Below are positions 46,448 to 55,325 of a DNA stretch of 64,000 nt, one piece after another. The stretch is from Candidatus Firestonebacteria bacterium RIFOXYD2_FULL_39_29 (GTDB taxonomy: Bacteria > Oederibacteriota > D2-FULL-39-29). Below the pieces are notes generated by a model. It searched no databases and was not told the DNA's origin. It saw nothing but the letters and a program-made list of their open reading frames with translations. Every line of letters starts with the position of its first letter. The first letter of the stretch is position 1. The position numbers and the translations under genes were made by a program. Location: the NCBI GenBank assembly GCA_001778375.1, contig MFGV01000075.1, positions 2,354 through 66,353 of the forward strand, in the 5' to 3' direction.

Positions 46448-47881
46448 TTAAAGATTGTCGCCTTCTCCGAGTATTTCTCTCTTTGCTTCCGTTATTGCCT
46501 CTTCCAGGCATTTTACGCCGTCCATAATCGCAGGAATGGTCATAATAAGAGGCGGGGCTATCTTTACCGTACCGCCGCCTAAACCTACCGGCGCAAATAC
46601 CATCAGTCCTTTTTCCACACATTTACCGCAGATAAGGTGTGCAAGATCGCCATCCGGATCTTTAGAGCCTTCTTTCACTATATGTATCCCGTAAACCATA
46701 CCTTCACCCTGTACTTCTCCGATTATATCGCTGTGTCTCTCTTTGATTTTGAAAAGCTCGGATTTTAGTACAGCGCCAACTTTTGCCGCATTCTGAACTA
46801 CTTTATGTTTTAACATATAATCTATATTCGCTGTCGCGGCCGCAACACATATAGGATTTCCGGTATGCGTGCTGGTCATAGTGTTTGCTTCATAAATATC
46901 CATTACATCGGGCCTTCCCGCAACTGCGGAAAGAGGCATAGAACTTGTAATGCCTTTTCCAAAAGTCGTAAGATCAGGAACAATATTGTAATGCTGGAAG
47001 GAGAACATCTTTCCGCTTCTGCCAAAACCGGCCTGTACTTCATCGCAGATCAAGAGAATCTTATTTGCCGTACAGAATTTTCTGAGCAGTTTCATAAAAC
47101 CTTTTGGCGCAAATGTAGCGCCGCCGCCCTGGAAGCTTTCAAGAATAATACCGGCAATTTTGTCTTTAGGTTTCGCACCTATCTTTTTATTTAAGAATTT
47201 AGAAAAGTTATTGAAACATTCCGTGTCGCACCCCTGGTAATTGGGTTTGCCCCAGGGACAACGGTAACAATTTGGAAAAGGAGCATTGTGCAAATCCTTA
47301 TCCATGTTTACGATCCAATCTTTCAGAGCGGGAGAACCGCCGATCATCTGGGCCCCGAGGGTTCTGCCATGAAAAGCGGCGCTGAAAGAAATTATAGCAA
47401 TTTTCTTTTTATCCGCGACTTTCTGACCGTAAGTTCTGGCTAATTTAAGACAGACTTCCACAGCTTCCGAACCTGTAGTTAAAAGAAATACTTTTTTCAA
47501 AGGTTTTGGAAGAAGTTTGGATATTTTTTCCGTGAGATTTGCCCTGGCTTCCGAAGGAAAGCAGTAGTTATGAAGCAAATTATGATTGATCTGTTTGATC
47601 ATGGCCTTTTTTATTTCAGGGTTTGAATGTCCTATATTTGCCACCAGAACACCCGAACTCCAATCCAGCCATTTGTTGCCGTATTTATCAAATACATTTA
47701 CGCCTGATGCATGGTCCCAGACAGCAAGCGGCTGTCCTGACATAGACCTGGGCTCGTATTTTCTCAGTCTTTTTAGAACTTCAATAGATCTTGGCACAGG
47801 GAACCTGTCAGAAACCATCTTTCGAAAAGGTGTACAAACTTTTTGGATCTTTTTCATATCTATTGCGTATTCTTTTGCCAT
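46448..47881 (-). CDS. class-III pyridoxal-phosphate aminotransferase
   Basis: LICDEVQAGFGRSGKMFSFQHY...TFGKGI (PLP-lysine region). Start trimmed to MAKEY, preceded by RBS GGAGGC. Confidence 0.8.
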   Translation of the reverse strand: MAKEYAIDMKKIQKVCTPFRKMVSDRFPVPRSIEVLKRLRKYEPRSMSGQPLAVWDHASGVNVFDKYGNKWLDWSSGVLVANIGHSNPEIKKAMIKQINHNLLHNYCFPSEARANLTEKISKLLPKPLKKVFLLTTGSEAVEVCLKLARTYGQKVADKKKIAIISFSAAFHGRTLGAQMIGGSPALKDWIVNMDKDLHNAPFPNCYRCPWGKPNYQGCDTECFNNFSKFLNKKIGAKPKDKIAGIILESFQGGGATFAPKGFMKLLRKFCTANKILLICDEVQAGFGRSGKMFSFQHYNIVPDLTTFGKGITSSMPLSAVAGRPDVMDIYEANTMTSTHTGNPICVAAATANIDYMLKHKVVQNAAKVGAVLKSELFKIKERHSDIIGEVQGEGMVYGIHIVKEGSKDPDGDLAHLICGKCVEKGLMVFAPVGLGGGTVKIAPPLIMTIPAIMDGVKCLEEAITEAKREILGEGDNL

Positions 47882-48071
47882 AATGAATGCCTCCAAGCAT
47901 TGTGTTCCGGACATTTAAGTCCCAGAAGAATTATATCGTTACCGCTAATTTCCAGAATCGATTATAACACATCCGAACAAATATTTGTAACTTGGTTTTT
48001 TATAATCCGGCGGATGCTTCTACCGCCTTCCTTCAATCGTCAATTGTCATTGGTCAATCGTAAATTTCTTT

Positions 48072-49274
48072 TTAAATCCATCCTCTGTTTTCCATGGCGT
48101 GGATAACTTCCTGTACCGCCAAAACCAGACCTGCTTCTTTGCTGGTTAGATCCCTGCTCTTCGAAAGAGCCAGCAATTTTTCGAAACTCTTCTCAATAGT
48201 CCTGTCAATAAACTCAAAAACCTCTTCAGCTGAAGTAAGCGAACCTGATTTTGCGCTCTTCCATTCTATATAAGAAGCGATAACTCCGCCCGAGTTAGCC
48301 AGAAAATCAGGAATCACCTCGACTCCTTTATTGTTTAATACTTCATCGCCTTCTTTTGTAGTAGGCCCGTTTGCGCCCTCTACAACCAGTTTTGCTTTTA
48401 CCTTTTGCGCGGTTTTATTCGTAATTACATTCTCACACGCGGCAGGAATTAATATTTCCGCGTCAACGCCGAGCAGTTCTTCGTTGGTAATAGAATCACC
48501 CTCGAAACCTTTTACAAATCTGTTTTTATTGGTGTATTCCATAAGTTTTTTTATATCCAGACCATTCGCATTGAACAAGCCTCCGTTAACATCGGATACG
48601 GCGACAATTTTAGCCCCCATCTCCTGCAGAAAATAGGCAGTCCAGCTTCCTACATTTCCAAAACCCTGTATCGCTACTTTAAGACCTTTTACGTCACACT
48701 TTAAAAGTTTCTTTGAGGCGTAAGATGCGGAGAAAGCAACTCCTCTACCGGTCGCCTCTTTTCTACCGGGAAGACCGCCTATTCCTATAGGCTTTCCTGT
48801 TACGCATTCTGAAATGTGAAGTTCTCCATAAATTGCCGCCATTTCTCTTGGACCAGTCCCCATATCAGGAGCAGGTATATAGTAACCGGAAGAAAGATCC
48901 CCTCTAATTATATGAACGAGTTCTTTCATTATCTCCTTTTTCATATAGGAGTCGAGCTTCAAACTGTCCAGGCAAATACCGGTTTTTCCGCCGCCAAAAG
49001 GAATACCTGTAAGAGCGGTTTTTAAGGTCATACGCTCCGCAAGATCCGTGGTTTCTTCAAGCGTGACATTTTTATCGATCCTTATCCCGCCTTTAGCGGG
49101 CCCTCTTGCAGTATTGTGATAAACCACATAAGCATCAGCTACCACTAAGGTTTTATTATCAATCCAGATATTAAGATTGATTATCTTTTTTTCTTCTGAT
49201 TTTAGAAGAAGTTTTTTTGCATTTTCCTTACCTTCCAGTTCGGATTTTATTATATCCAGATCAAATATGGACAT
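48072..49274 (-). CDS. gdh: Glu/Leu/Phe/Val-family amino-acid dehydrogenase (glutamate dehydrogenase-like)
   Basis: GIPFGGGKTGI catalytic Lys region; NAD Rossmann motif GFGNVG. Start trimmed to MSIFDL with RBS AAAGGAGG. Confidence 0.8.
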   Translation of the reverse strand: MSIFDLDIIKSELEGKENAKKLLLKSEEKKIINLNIWIDNKTLVVADAYVVYHNTARGPAKGGIRIDKNVTLEETTDLAERMTLKTALTGIPFGGGKTGICLDSLKLDSYMKKEIMKELVHIIRGDLSSGYYIPAPDMGTGPREMAAIYGELHISECVTGKPIGIGGLPGRKEATGRGVAFSASYASKKLLKCDVKGLKVAIQGFGNVGSWTAYFLQEMGAKIVAVSDVNGGLFNANGLDIKKLMEYTNKNRFVKGFEGDSITNEELLGVDAEILIPAACENVITNKTAQKVKAKLVVEGANGPTTKEGDEVLNNKGVEVIPDFLANSGGVIASYIEWKSAKSGSLTSAEEVFEFIDRTIEKSFEKLLALSKSRDLTSKEAGLVLAVQEVIHAMENRGWI

Positions 49275-49377
49275 GATTCCTCCTTTAAGTACAATCACTA
49301 ATGACTAAATTCTAAATCCTAAACAAAATCTTTGAATTCATATCATAACTCATTAATACAAACCCAGTACCCAGCCC

Positions 49378-49698
49378 CTAAGACCTAGAGCCTTTCTTTT
49401 TTTTCAATTCTTCCGGCCAGGTGGCGGCATAGATATATTCAAAATCATTTGACAGAGCTTTGAACTGATGCGGAACACCGGCGGGGACATAAACAACGGT
49501 TCCGGGTCCGACATTTTTATACTTTTTACCCAAAAGCAAACGGCCTTTACCTTTTAAAACAATATACACCTCTTCCTCATCCAAATGAAGACCAAGAGCA
49601 GTCAACTGATCCTTTTTCTTTTTCACAAGACCAAGTTCAAGGTTTATCGATGTCTTTCTATCAAGCAAAATACCGTTTTTGAACTTTTTAAGATACAA
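49378..49698 (-). CDS. cupin-domain protein
   Basis: 106 aa; cupin motifs G(x)5HxH-like region PGTVVYVPAGVPHQF. Confidence 0.55.
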   Translation of the reverse strand: MYLKKFKNGILLDRKTSINLELGLVKKKKDQLTALGLHLDEEEVYIVLKGKGRLLLGKKYKNVGPGTVVYVPAGVPHQFKALSNDFEYIYAATWPEELKKKKGSRS

Positions 49699-49838
49699 TC
49701 ATACCTCCGTTCAGAACGTTACACGTTACAACGTTACTCACGTTTTACAATATAGTATTTTTATATATTTTATTTAGCGGAGGTTTTTATCCGCCTACCT
49801 TAAATCGTCAATTGTCATTCGTCAATCGTAAATATCTT

Positions 49839-51554
49839 TTAAAACAGTCCTACCACTTTTCCATCTTTATCAATGTCAACCTTTGTGCCTGCGGGTACAG
49901 AAGGAAGTCCGGGCATTGTTCTCATGTCACCGCAGATCGGATATAGAAACCCTGCGCCTATTGAAGCTCTGATATCTCTGACAGGTAAAGTAAAGCCGGT
50001 CGGACGCCCTTTTAGCGCCGGATCATGAGAAAGGGAAAGGTGGGTCTTAGCCATGCAAATAGGAAGTTTGTCCCAGCCTAAACCGCTATAAAGCTTGATC
50101 TTATCCTCAGTGGCCGCAGTGTAAGAAACATTTTTTGCGCCGTAGATCTTAGTGGCAATAATTTCAATCTTTTCTTTAATTGAAGCTTCAAGAGGATAAA
50201 GAAATTTGAATTTTGATTTCTTTTCGCAGGCTTTAACCACTGCTTGTGCAAGTTCTTTTCCGCCTTCTCCGCCTTTTTCCCAGACTTCAGAAAGTACGGC
50301 ATCCTCCGCTCCGGCCTGAATTGCTTTTTGTCTGATATATTCAATTTCTTTATCAGTGTCCGTTGTGAATTTATTTATAGCGACAACCACAGGAACGCCA
50401 AAGAGTTTTGCATTTTCTATCTGTTTTTCAAGATTACAGATCCCCTCTTCAATTGCTGTCATATTTTCTTTTAACAAATCGTCCGGAATCGATTTACCCG
50501 GAATTATCGTAAATTGCCCCGAGTGCATCTTTAAAGCTCTGACCGTACAAACCATCACTACGCAGTTAGGTACAAGTTTGCTGTAACGGCATTTAATATT
50601 CATAAATTTTTCCATGCCCATATCCGCGGCAAAACCGGATTCTGTGACAACGTAATCCGCGAGTTTCACAGCCATCTGATCCGCAAGTATGGAGTTATTT
50701 CCATGCGCAATATTGGCAAAAGGACCGGCATGAACAAAACAGGGTGTATGTTCCGTGGTTTGAAGGAGCGTCGGTTTTATTGCATCTCTCATTAGCACTG
50801 TCATGGAGCCCGCAACTCCGAGATCTTCAGCGGTAACAGGTTTACCGTCTTTTGTAAAAGCAACCACAATGCGCCCCAGGCGCTGCCTTAAGTCTTTTAA
50901 ACTTGTAGTCAAAGCAAGTATAGCCATAACTTCAGAAGCCACAGAAATATCAAATCCGCTCTGTCTTGCAATACCATCGTCTTTACCGCCGAGACCAATT
51001 ATAACATTTCTCAGAGCCCTGTCGGATATGTCAACCACCCTTCTCCAAAGGATCTGATTTAAATCTATGTTAAATTTGTTTCCTTTATGAAGATGATTAT
51101 CAAGAAAAGCTGCACAAAGGTTATGAGCAATAGAAACCGCGTGAACATCCCCGGTCAGATGGAGGTTAAAATCTTCCATTGGTACAACCTGGGAATACCC
51201 ACCGCCTGCAGCCCCGCCTTTAATACCAAATACAGGCCCCAGTGACGGTTGTCTTATTGCTGTAATAACCTTTTTTCCGATTTTTGCCAACCCGAGTGAT
51301 AATCCGATTGTTGTTACTGTTTTCCCCTCTCCAAGCGGAGTCGGGGTGATCGCTGTAACATCAATATATTTACCGGTGTGTTTTGCTTTTAAGCGGTTTA
51401 AAAGTTCGAGCTTTACCTTGGCTTTATTATCCCCGTACAGCTCAAGTTCTTCTCTTTTAATCCCTATTTTTGAAGCTATTTCAGTTATAGGTTTAAGCTT
51501 TATACCCTGTGCAATAGTAATATCCGAAGGTACTTTCGACTTTTTAACTTTCAT
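49839..51554 (-). CDS. fhs: formate--tetrahydrofolate ligase
   Basis: TPTPLGEGKTVTTIGL signature, 571 aa. Confidence 0.9.
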   Translation of the reverse strand: MKVKKSKVPSDITIAQGIKLKPITEIASKIGIKREELELYGDNKAKVKLELLNRLKAKHTGKYIDVTAITPTPLGEGKTVTTIGLSLGLAKIGKKVITAIRQPSLGPVFGIKGGAAGGGYSQVVPMEDFNLHLTGDVHAVSIAHNLCAAFLDNHLHKGNKFNIDLNQILWRRVVDISDRALRNVIIGLGGKDDGIARQSGFDISVASEVMAILALTTSLKDLRQRLGRIVVAFTKDGKPVTAEDLGVAGSMTVLMRDAIKPTLLQTTEHTPCFVHAGPFANIAHGNNSILADQMAVKLADYVVTESGFAADMGMEKFMNIKCRYSKLVPNCVVMVCTVRALKMHSGQFTIIPGKSIPDDLLKENMTAIEEGICNLEKQIENAKLFGVPVVVAINKFTTDTDKEIEYIRQKAIQAGAEDAVLSEVWEKGGEGGKELAQAVVKACEKKSKFKFLYPLEASIKEKIEIIATKIYGAKNVSYTAATEDKIKLYSGLGWDKLPICMAKTHLSLSHDPALKGRPTGFTLPVRDIRASIGAGFLYPICGDMRTMPGLPSVPAGTKVDIDKDGKVVGLF

Positions 51555-51825
51555 TTAAACAATCCCCCTTTACAAAAAAGATTCCACTGATACAGTGTAA
51601 ATCCAATAACTAAGATTTAAATTCTAAGCACTAAACAAACTTAAAACCAAGCACTAAGAATAAAATTGTAAACAAAATCATTGCACTTATATAAACATCT
51701 TCCTTTTTAGTGCTTAGTGCTTTGACCTTAGTTATTGTTTTAAATTTAGTGCTTAATCCTTAGTAATTCACCCGCTGTGCTTTTTCCTAGTCCCCAGTAC
51801 CCAGAATCAGGCACCTAGTTTTTAT

Positions 51826-52656
51826 TTAATATTCATCAGGCAGATCTTTCAGCTGCGCATATGTAAAGACGGGTCCATCTTTGCAAATATAAAGATGCTT
51901 CACATTACACCTGCCGCATTTACCCAAACCACACTTCATTTTCATCTCAAGTGTAGTAACAATTTGTTCAGGAGTAAAGCCGAGATCCAGAAGTTCTTTA
52001 AGAACAAACTTAATCATTATCGGTGGTCCGCAAATTATTGCAACCGTATCTTTTGGTGAAGGGTGTACTTCTTTTAATACTGCAGGCACAAATCCGACTT
52101 TATGTTTCCAGCCATCAGCGCCTTTATCGGCAGTCAGTATCATTTGCGTGTCTTTTACTTTTTCCCAATCCGAGAACTTATCTTTATAGCAAAGATCCAT
52201 CGGGCTTCTCGCGCCGTAAAGAATCGTAATATTTTTAAAATCTTTTTTGTTATCCAGTGAAAATTCTATCGGGGATCTTAAAGCAGCCAGACCGACACCG
52301 CCTGCCACATAAAGCAGGTTCTTTTCGTGCCAGTTATCGAACGGGAACCAGTTCCCATAAGGACCTCTGATTCCGACAGTATCTCCGATCTCCAGTTCAT
52401 GAACGGCTTCACTGATAAGCCCGACTTTTCTTATAGAGCATTCAATATATTCGTTTCTTGTTTGCGGGTTCGCAAAAGTAAACACCGCTTCGCCTATACC
52501 AAAAAGATTAAGAATCAAAAATTGACCTGCTTTCCAGGTGAACTCTTTTTGAGCAGCCTGGTCCACAAATTGAAATTTGAAACTTTTAATGTCGCCGGTT
52601 TCAACCTTAATATCGACTACCTTTGCAATATGAGGCTTATATATATTGCCCGTCAT
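51826..52656 (-). CDS. FAD/NAD(P)-binding oxidoreductase with C-terminal [2Fe-2S] (FlxA/AsrB/PyrK-like)
   Basis: Flavin reductase-like fold; C-terminal CGLGKCGRC cluster. Start trimmed to MTGNIYKPH with RBS AGGAG. Confidence 0.7.
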   Translation of the reverse strand: MTGNIYKPHIAKVVDIKVETGDIKSFKFQFVDQAAQKEFTWKAGQFLILNLFGIGEAVFTFANPQTRNEYIECSIRKVGLISEAVHELEIGDTVGIRGPYGNWFPFDNWHEKNLLYVAGGVGLAALRSPIEFSLDNKKDFKNITILYGARSPMDLCYKDKFSDWEKVKDTQMILTADKGADGWKHKVGFVPAVLKEVHPSPKDTVAIICGPPIMIKFVLKELLDLGFTPEQIVTTLEMKMKCGLGKCGRCNVKHLYICKDGPVFTYAQLKDLPDEY

Positions 52657-52839
52657 AACACTCCTGTAATAAACATTTTTCTGTAACACTATCGCTTTAA
52701 AAAGAAAACAAATCACTAAGATCTAAGCACTAAATTTTAAACAATTACTAATACTTAATAAAACAATACTTAAACTACATCATTGAAATTATATTTATTA
52801 TACTTCCTTCCGTTTAGTGCTTTGACCTTAGTTATTGTT

Positions 52840-53865
52840 TTACTTTATTCCCTCTATCACTTTTCTAAGGTCTATACTGACCGGGCAGGCTTTAATACAT
52901 CGGCCGCAACCCGTGCAGAGTTCTTCTTTAAAATTATCAACATGGTAATTGAATTTATGCATAAACCTCTGTCTGAAGCGTTTTTTTGTGTCTGACCTGG
53001 GATTGACCCCGCCTGCCATTCTGGTGAAGATCTCGCTCATACACGTATCCCAGCTTCTCACTCTTTCCGAATTTATATTATCAAAAGCTTTTTCGGTAAT
53101 ATCAAAGCAGAAACAAGTAGGGCATACAAAAGTGCAGGCCCCGCATTTTACACAGGGTAAATGAACCGTATCCCAGTAAGCCGATTCAAAAGCAGGTTCC
53201 ATAAGTTTCTTGATCGCCGAAAGGTCAAGTTTCTTTACTATCTTCGACTCAGAAGCAGCCTTAAATATTTCTTTCTCTTTTGCATCGGTCTCAGAAGCTT
53301 CAGCAAAATACTTAGAATTGTCATTTATTACTTTCTTTCCTTTATCAGAATATGCTTCCGCAAGGTATTTCCCGTTTTTTAGAGGTGTCAACAATAAGTC
53401 GCTTCCTGTTTCGTTAACGGGACTACCCTTAACAAAGGAAGTACAAAAACAGGTACTCTCCGGCTTTTCGCAGGAAATAGTGACAATAGTAGTTTTCGCC
53501 ATTCTTTTTGTGTAATATTCGTCAACAAAATCACTCCAATTAAAGAGCTTATTAATAACATCAAACCCTCTTGCGTCACAAGGACGGCAGCCGAAAATAA
53601 CTATCTCTTCCGGTTCAGCAGGATCTTCGATAGTAACTCCGTTCTTATCTTTTTTTATCTTAAAAAACCTTTCCGATTGTAAATACACCTTATCTTTTGC
53701 AGTAGTATGCGTAAGCAGTGAATCTCCGTGCCATTCGGAAGCATTCGATAGTTTTCCAAATAATACGGTGTCTTCGGCATCCCTTTTAGGAGCGTAAACA
53801 ATTTTCGCCGCTATCAGGGCATTTAACAATTCTTTTATGTTTTCTTTTGAAATTAAATAAGCCAT
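52840..53865 (-). CDS. 4Fe-4S cluster protein (FlxB/AsrA-like)
   Basis: CVKCGACTFVCPTCFC and CTGCGRCIKACP ferredoxin motifs. Confidence 0.65.
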   Translation of the reverse strand: MAYLISKENIKELLNALIAAKIVYAPKRDAEDTVLFGKLSNASEWHGDSLLTHTTAKDKVYLQSERFFKIKKDKNGVTIEDPAEPEEIVIFGCRPCDARGFDVINKLFNWSDFVDEYYTKRMAKTTIVTISCEKPESTCFCTSFVKGSPVNETGSDLLLTPLKNGKYLAEAYSDKGKKVINDNSKYFAEASETDAKEKEIFKAASESKIVKKLDLSAIKKLMEPAFESAYWDTVHLPCVKCGACTFVCPTCFCFDITEKAFDNINSERVRSWDTCMSEIFTRMAGGVNPRSDTKKRFRQRFMHKFNYHVDNFKEELCTGCGRCIKACPVSIDLRKVIEGIK

Positions 53866-53980
53866 ATTCTCCCGTTTATCCCGTTAGAAAATCACAATAC
53901 ACAGGACTCTAAATTTACCTATTCTTCTCGTGTTCGTTCGTATTTAGTTTCAACCCGTCTGTAACATTTTCTAACGGGAC

Positions 53981-54820
53981 TTACATAATATCAGATTCAG
54001 AATCACCTTCATCATACGTGGAAAGAGGAGGTCTTGCATCCGTATCCGCTCCGCTTTCATAGTTAAACAACTCTTTTGCATCTTTTGCAAGTTTTTTAGT
54101 AAGAATGCTTAAAGGTATATTTACCGGGCACGCCGTATCACAAGCTTTGCAATCCGTACAGCGGCCAAAAACATGCTGCATCCGAATCATGTGAAACAGC
54201 TTATTCTTATTCGCATCCACGTGCTTGCTCAAATACTCCGGCATGCTTCTCAAGGCAAAACAATCCGGACAGTAGCATACCGGACATACATTCCTGCAGG
54301 CATAGCATCTGATGCACTTTTCAAACTGCCTGTTCCAGAACTCCATTTTCTCTTTTGAACTTTTCTTTTCAAAAAGAGAAACATCTTCAAAACTTTTAGG
54401 ATTTTCGGAATTTTTAGCCGTACCAATAGTAAAATCTCCGCCTTTCGGCTGCTTAACCTGACAGTTCTCGCACTTTTCCAGAAGTTTATTTGTTCTTTTA
54501 TCCAGGACACCATCACACGCCACACTGATTATAATTACATTCTCTCTTTTGAACTGTTTTTCCCTGATTAACTCAAAAACTGTAGCTATATCACAACCTT
54601 TGCAGACCACCGCAAGCTTGTTCTTTTTAAGTTTCGTGAGGTATAAACCCAGATTATTAATACAATATTTATTAAATATCAAGCGTGAAGTATCACCCGG
54701 ATCAGCTACAAATGCCGGTCTCGTAGAAAATTCATCATAAGCTTTTTCATAACCGATAGCCCACTCCGCTTTTTTCTCGGTTAAAAGTTTCTTTATCAGT
54801 TCCTGTAATTCTTTATCCAT
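53981..54820 (-). CDS. 4Fe-4S dicluster protein (FlxC-like)
   Basis: CIRCYACRNVCPVCYCPDC and CTDCKACDTACP motifs. Confidence 0.6.
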   Translation of the reverse strand: MDKELQELIKKLLTEKKAEWAIGYEKAYDEFSTRPAFVADPGDTSRLIFNKYCINNLGLYLTKLKKNKLAVVCKGCDIATVFELIREKQFKRENVIIISVACDGVLDKRTNKLLEKCENCQVKQPKGGDFTIGTAKNSENPKSFEDVSLFEKKSSKEKMEFWNRQFEKCIRCYACRNVCPVCYCPDCFALRSMPEYLSKHVDANKNKLFHMIRMQHVFGRCTDCKACDTACPVNIPLSILTKKLAKDAKELFNYESGADTDARPPLSTYDEGDSESDIM

Positions 54821-55226
54821 TTTCCTGCCAGTCCTTTACCTCAGCTACTACTTTTTTTACTACTTCCGCAAATTTCTTACCTTCAGAAGCTGAAACCCAG
54901 CTCGCGTGGAATCTTCTTTTATCAATTCCAAAATGCTCGAGCAAGCTTTTTAAATGAGGATAACGCCGTCTCCAGTAAAAATTACCTTCACTGTAGTGAC
55001 AATCTCCTGGGTGACAACCGGAAACAAGAACTCCATCCGCTCCGTTATGAAACGCCTCAATTATCATCATAGGATCCATTCTTCCCGTGCAGGGAATCCG
55101 AATGATCTTAATGTTAGAAGGATAAATATTCCTTCCGAGCCCGGTCATATCCGCACCGGCGTAAGAACACCAGTTGCAGAGAAAACCGACTACGTTGAGC
55201 TTCTTCTTATCGTCTACCATAACCAC
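54813..55226 (-). CDS. mvhD: methyl-viologen-reducing hydrogenase delta subunit-like (MvhD/FlxD)
   Basis: 137 aa MvhD fold with conserved Cys (CNWCSYAGAD, CTGRMDP); directly upstream of hdrA. Confidence 0.7.
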   Translation of the reverse strand: MVMVDDKKKLNVVGFLCNWCSYAGADMTGLGRNIYPSNIKIIRIPCTGRMDPMMIIEAFHNGADGVLVSGCHPGDCHYSEGNFYWRRRYPHLKSLLEHFGIDKRRFHASWVSASEGKKFAEVVKKVVAEVKDWQENG

Positions 55227-55325
55227 CTTCTGTTTAATGACTAAGTACTAATGACTACTGACTATTTATTGTAGCGGGTAAAAGCTCCCGCCATATTTAT
55301 AAGATCATGACTCCTAAAATAGTCA

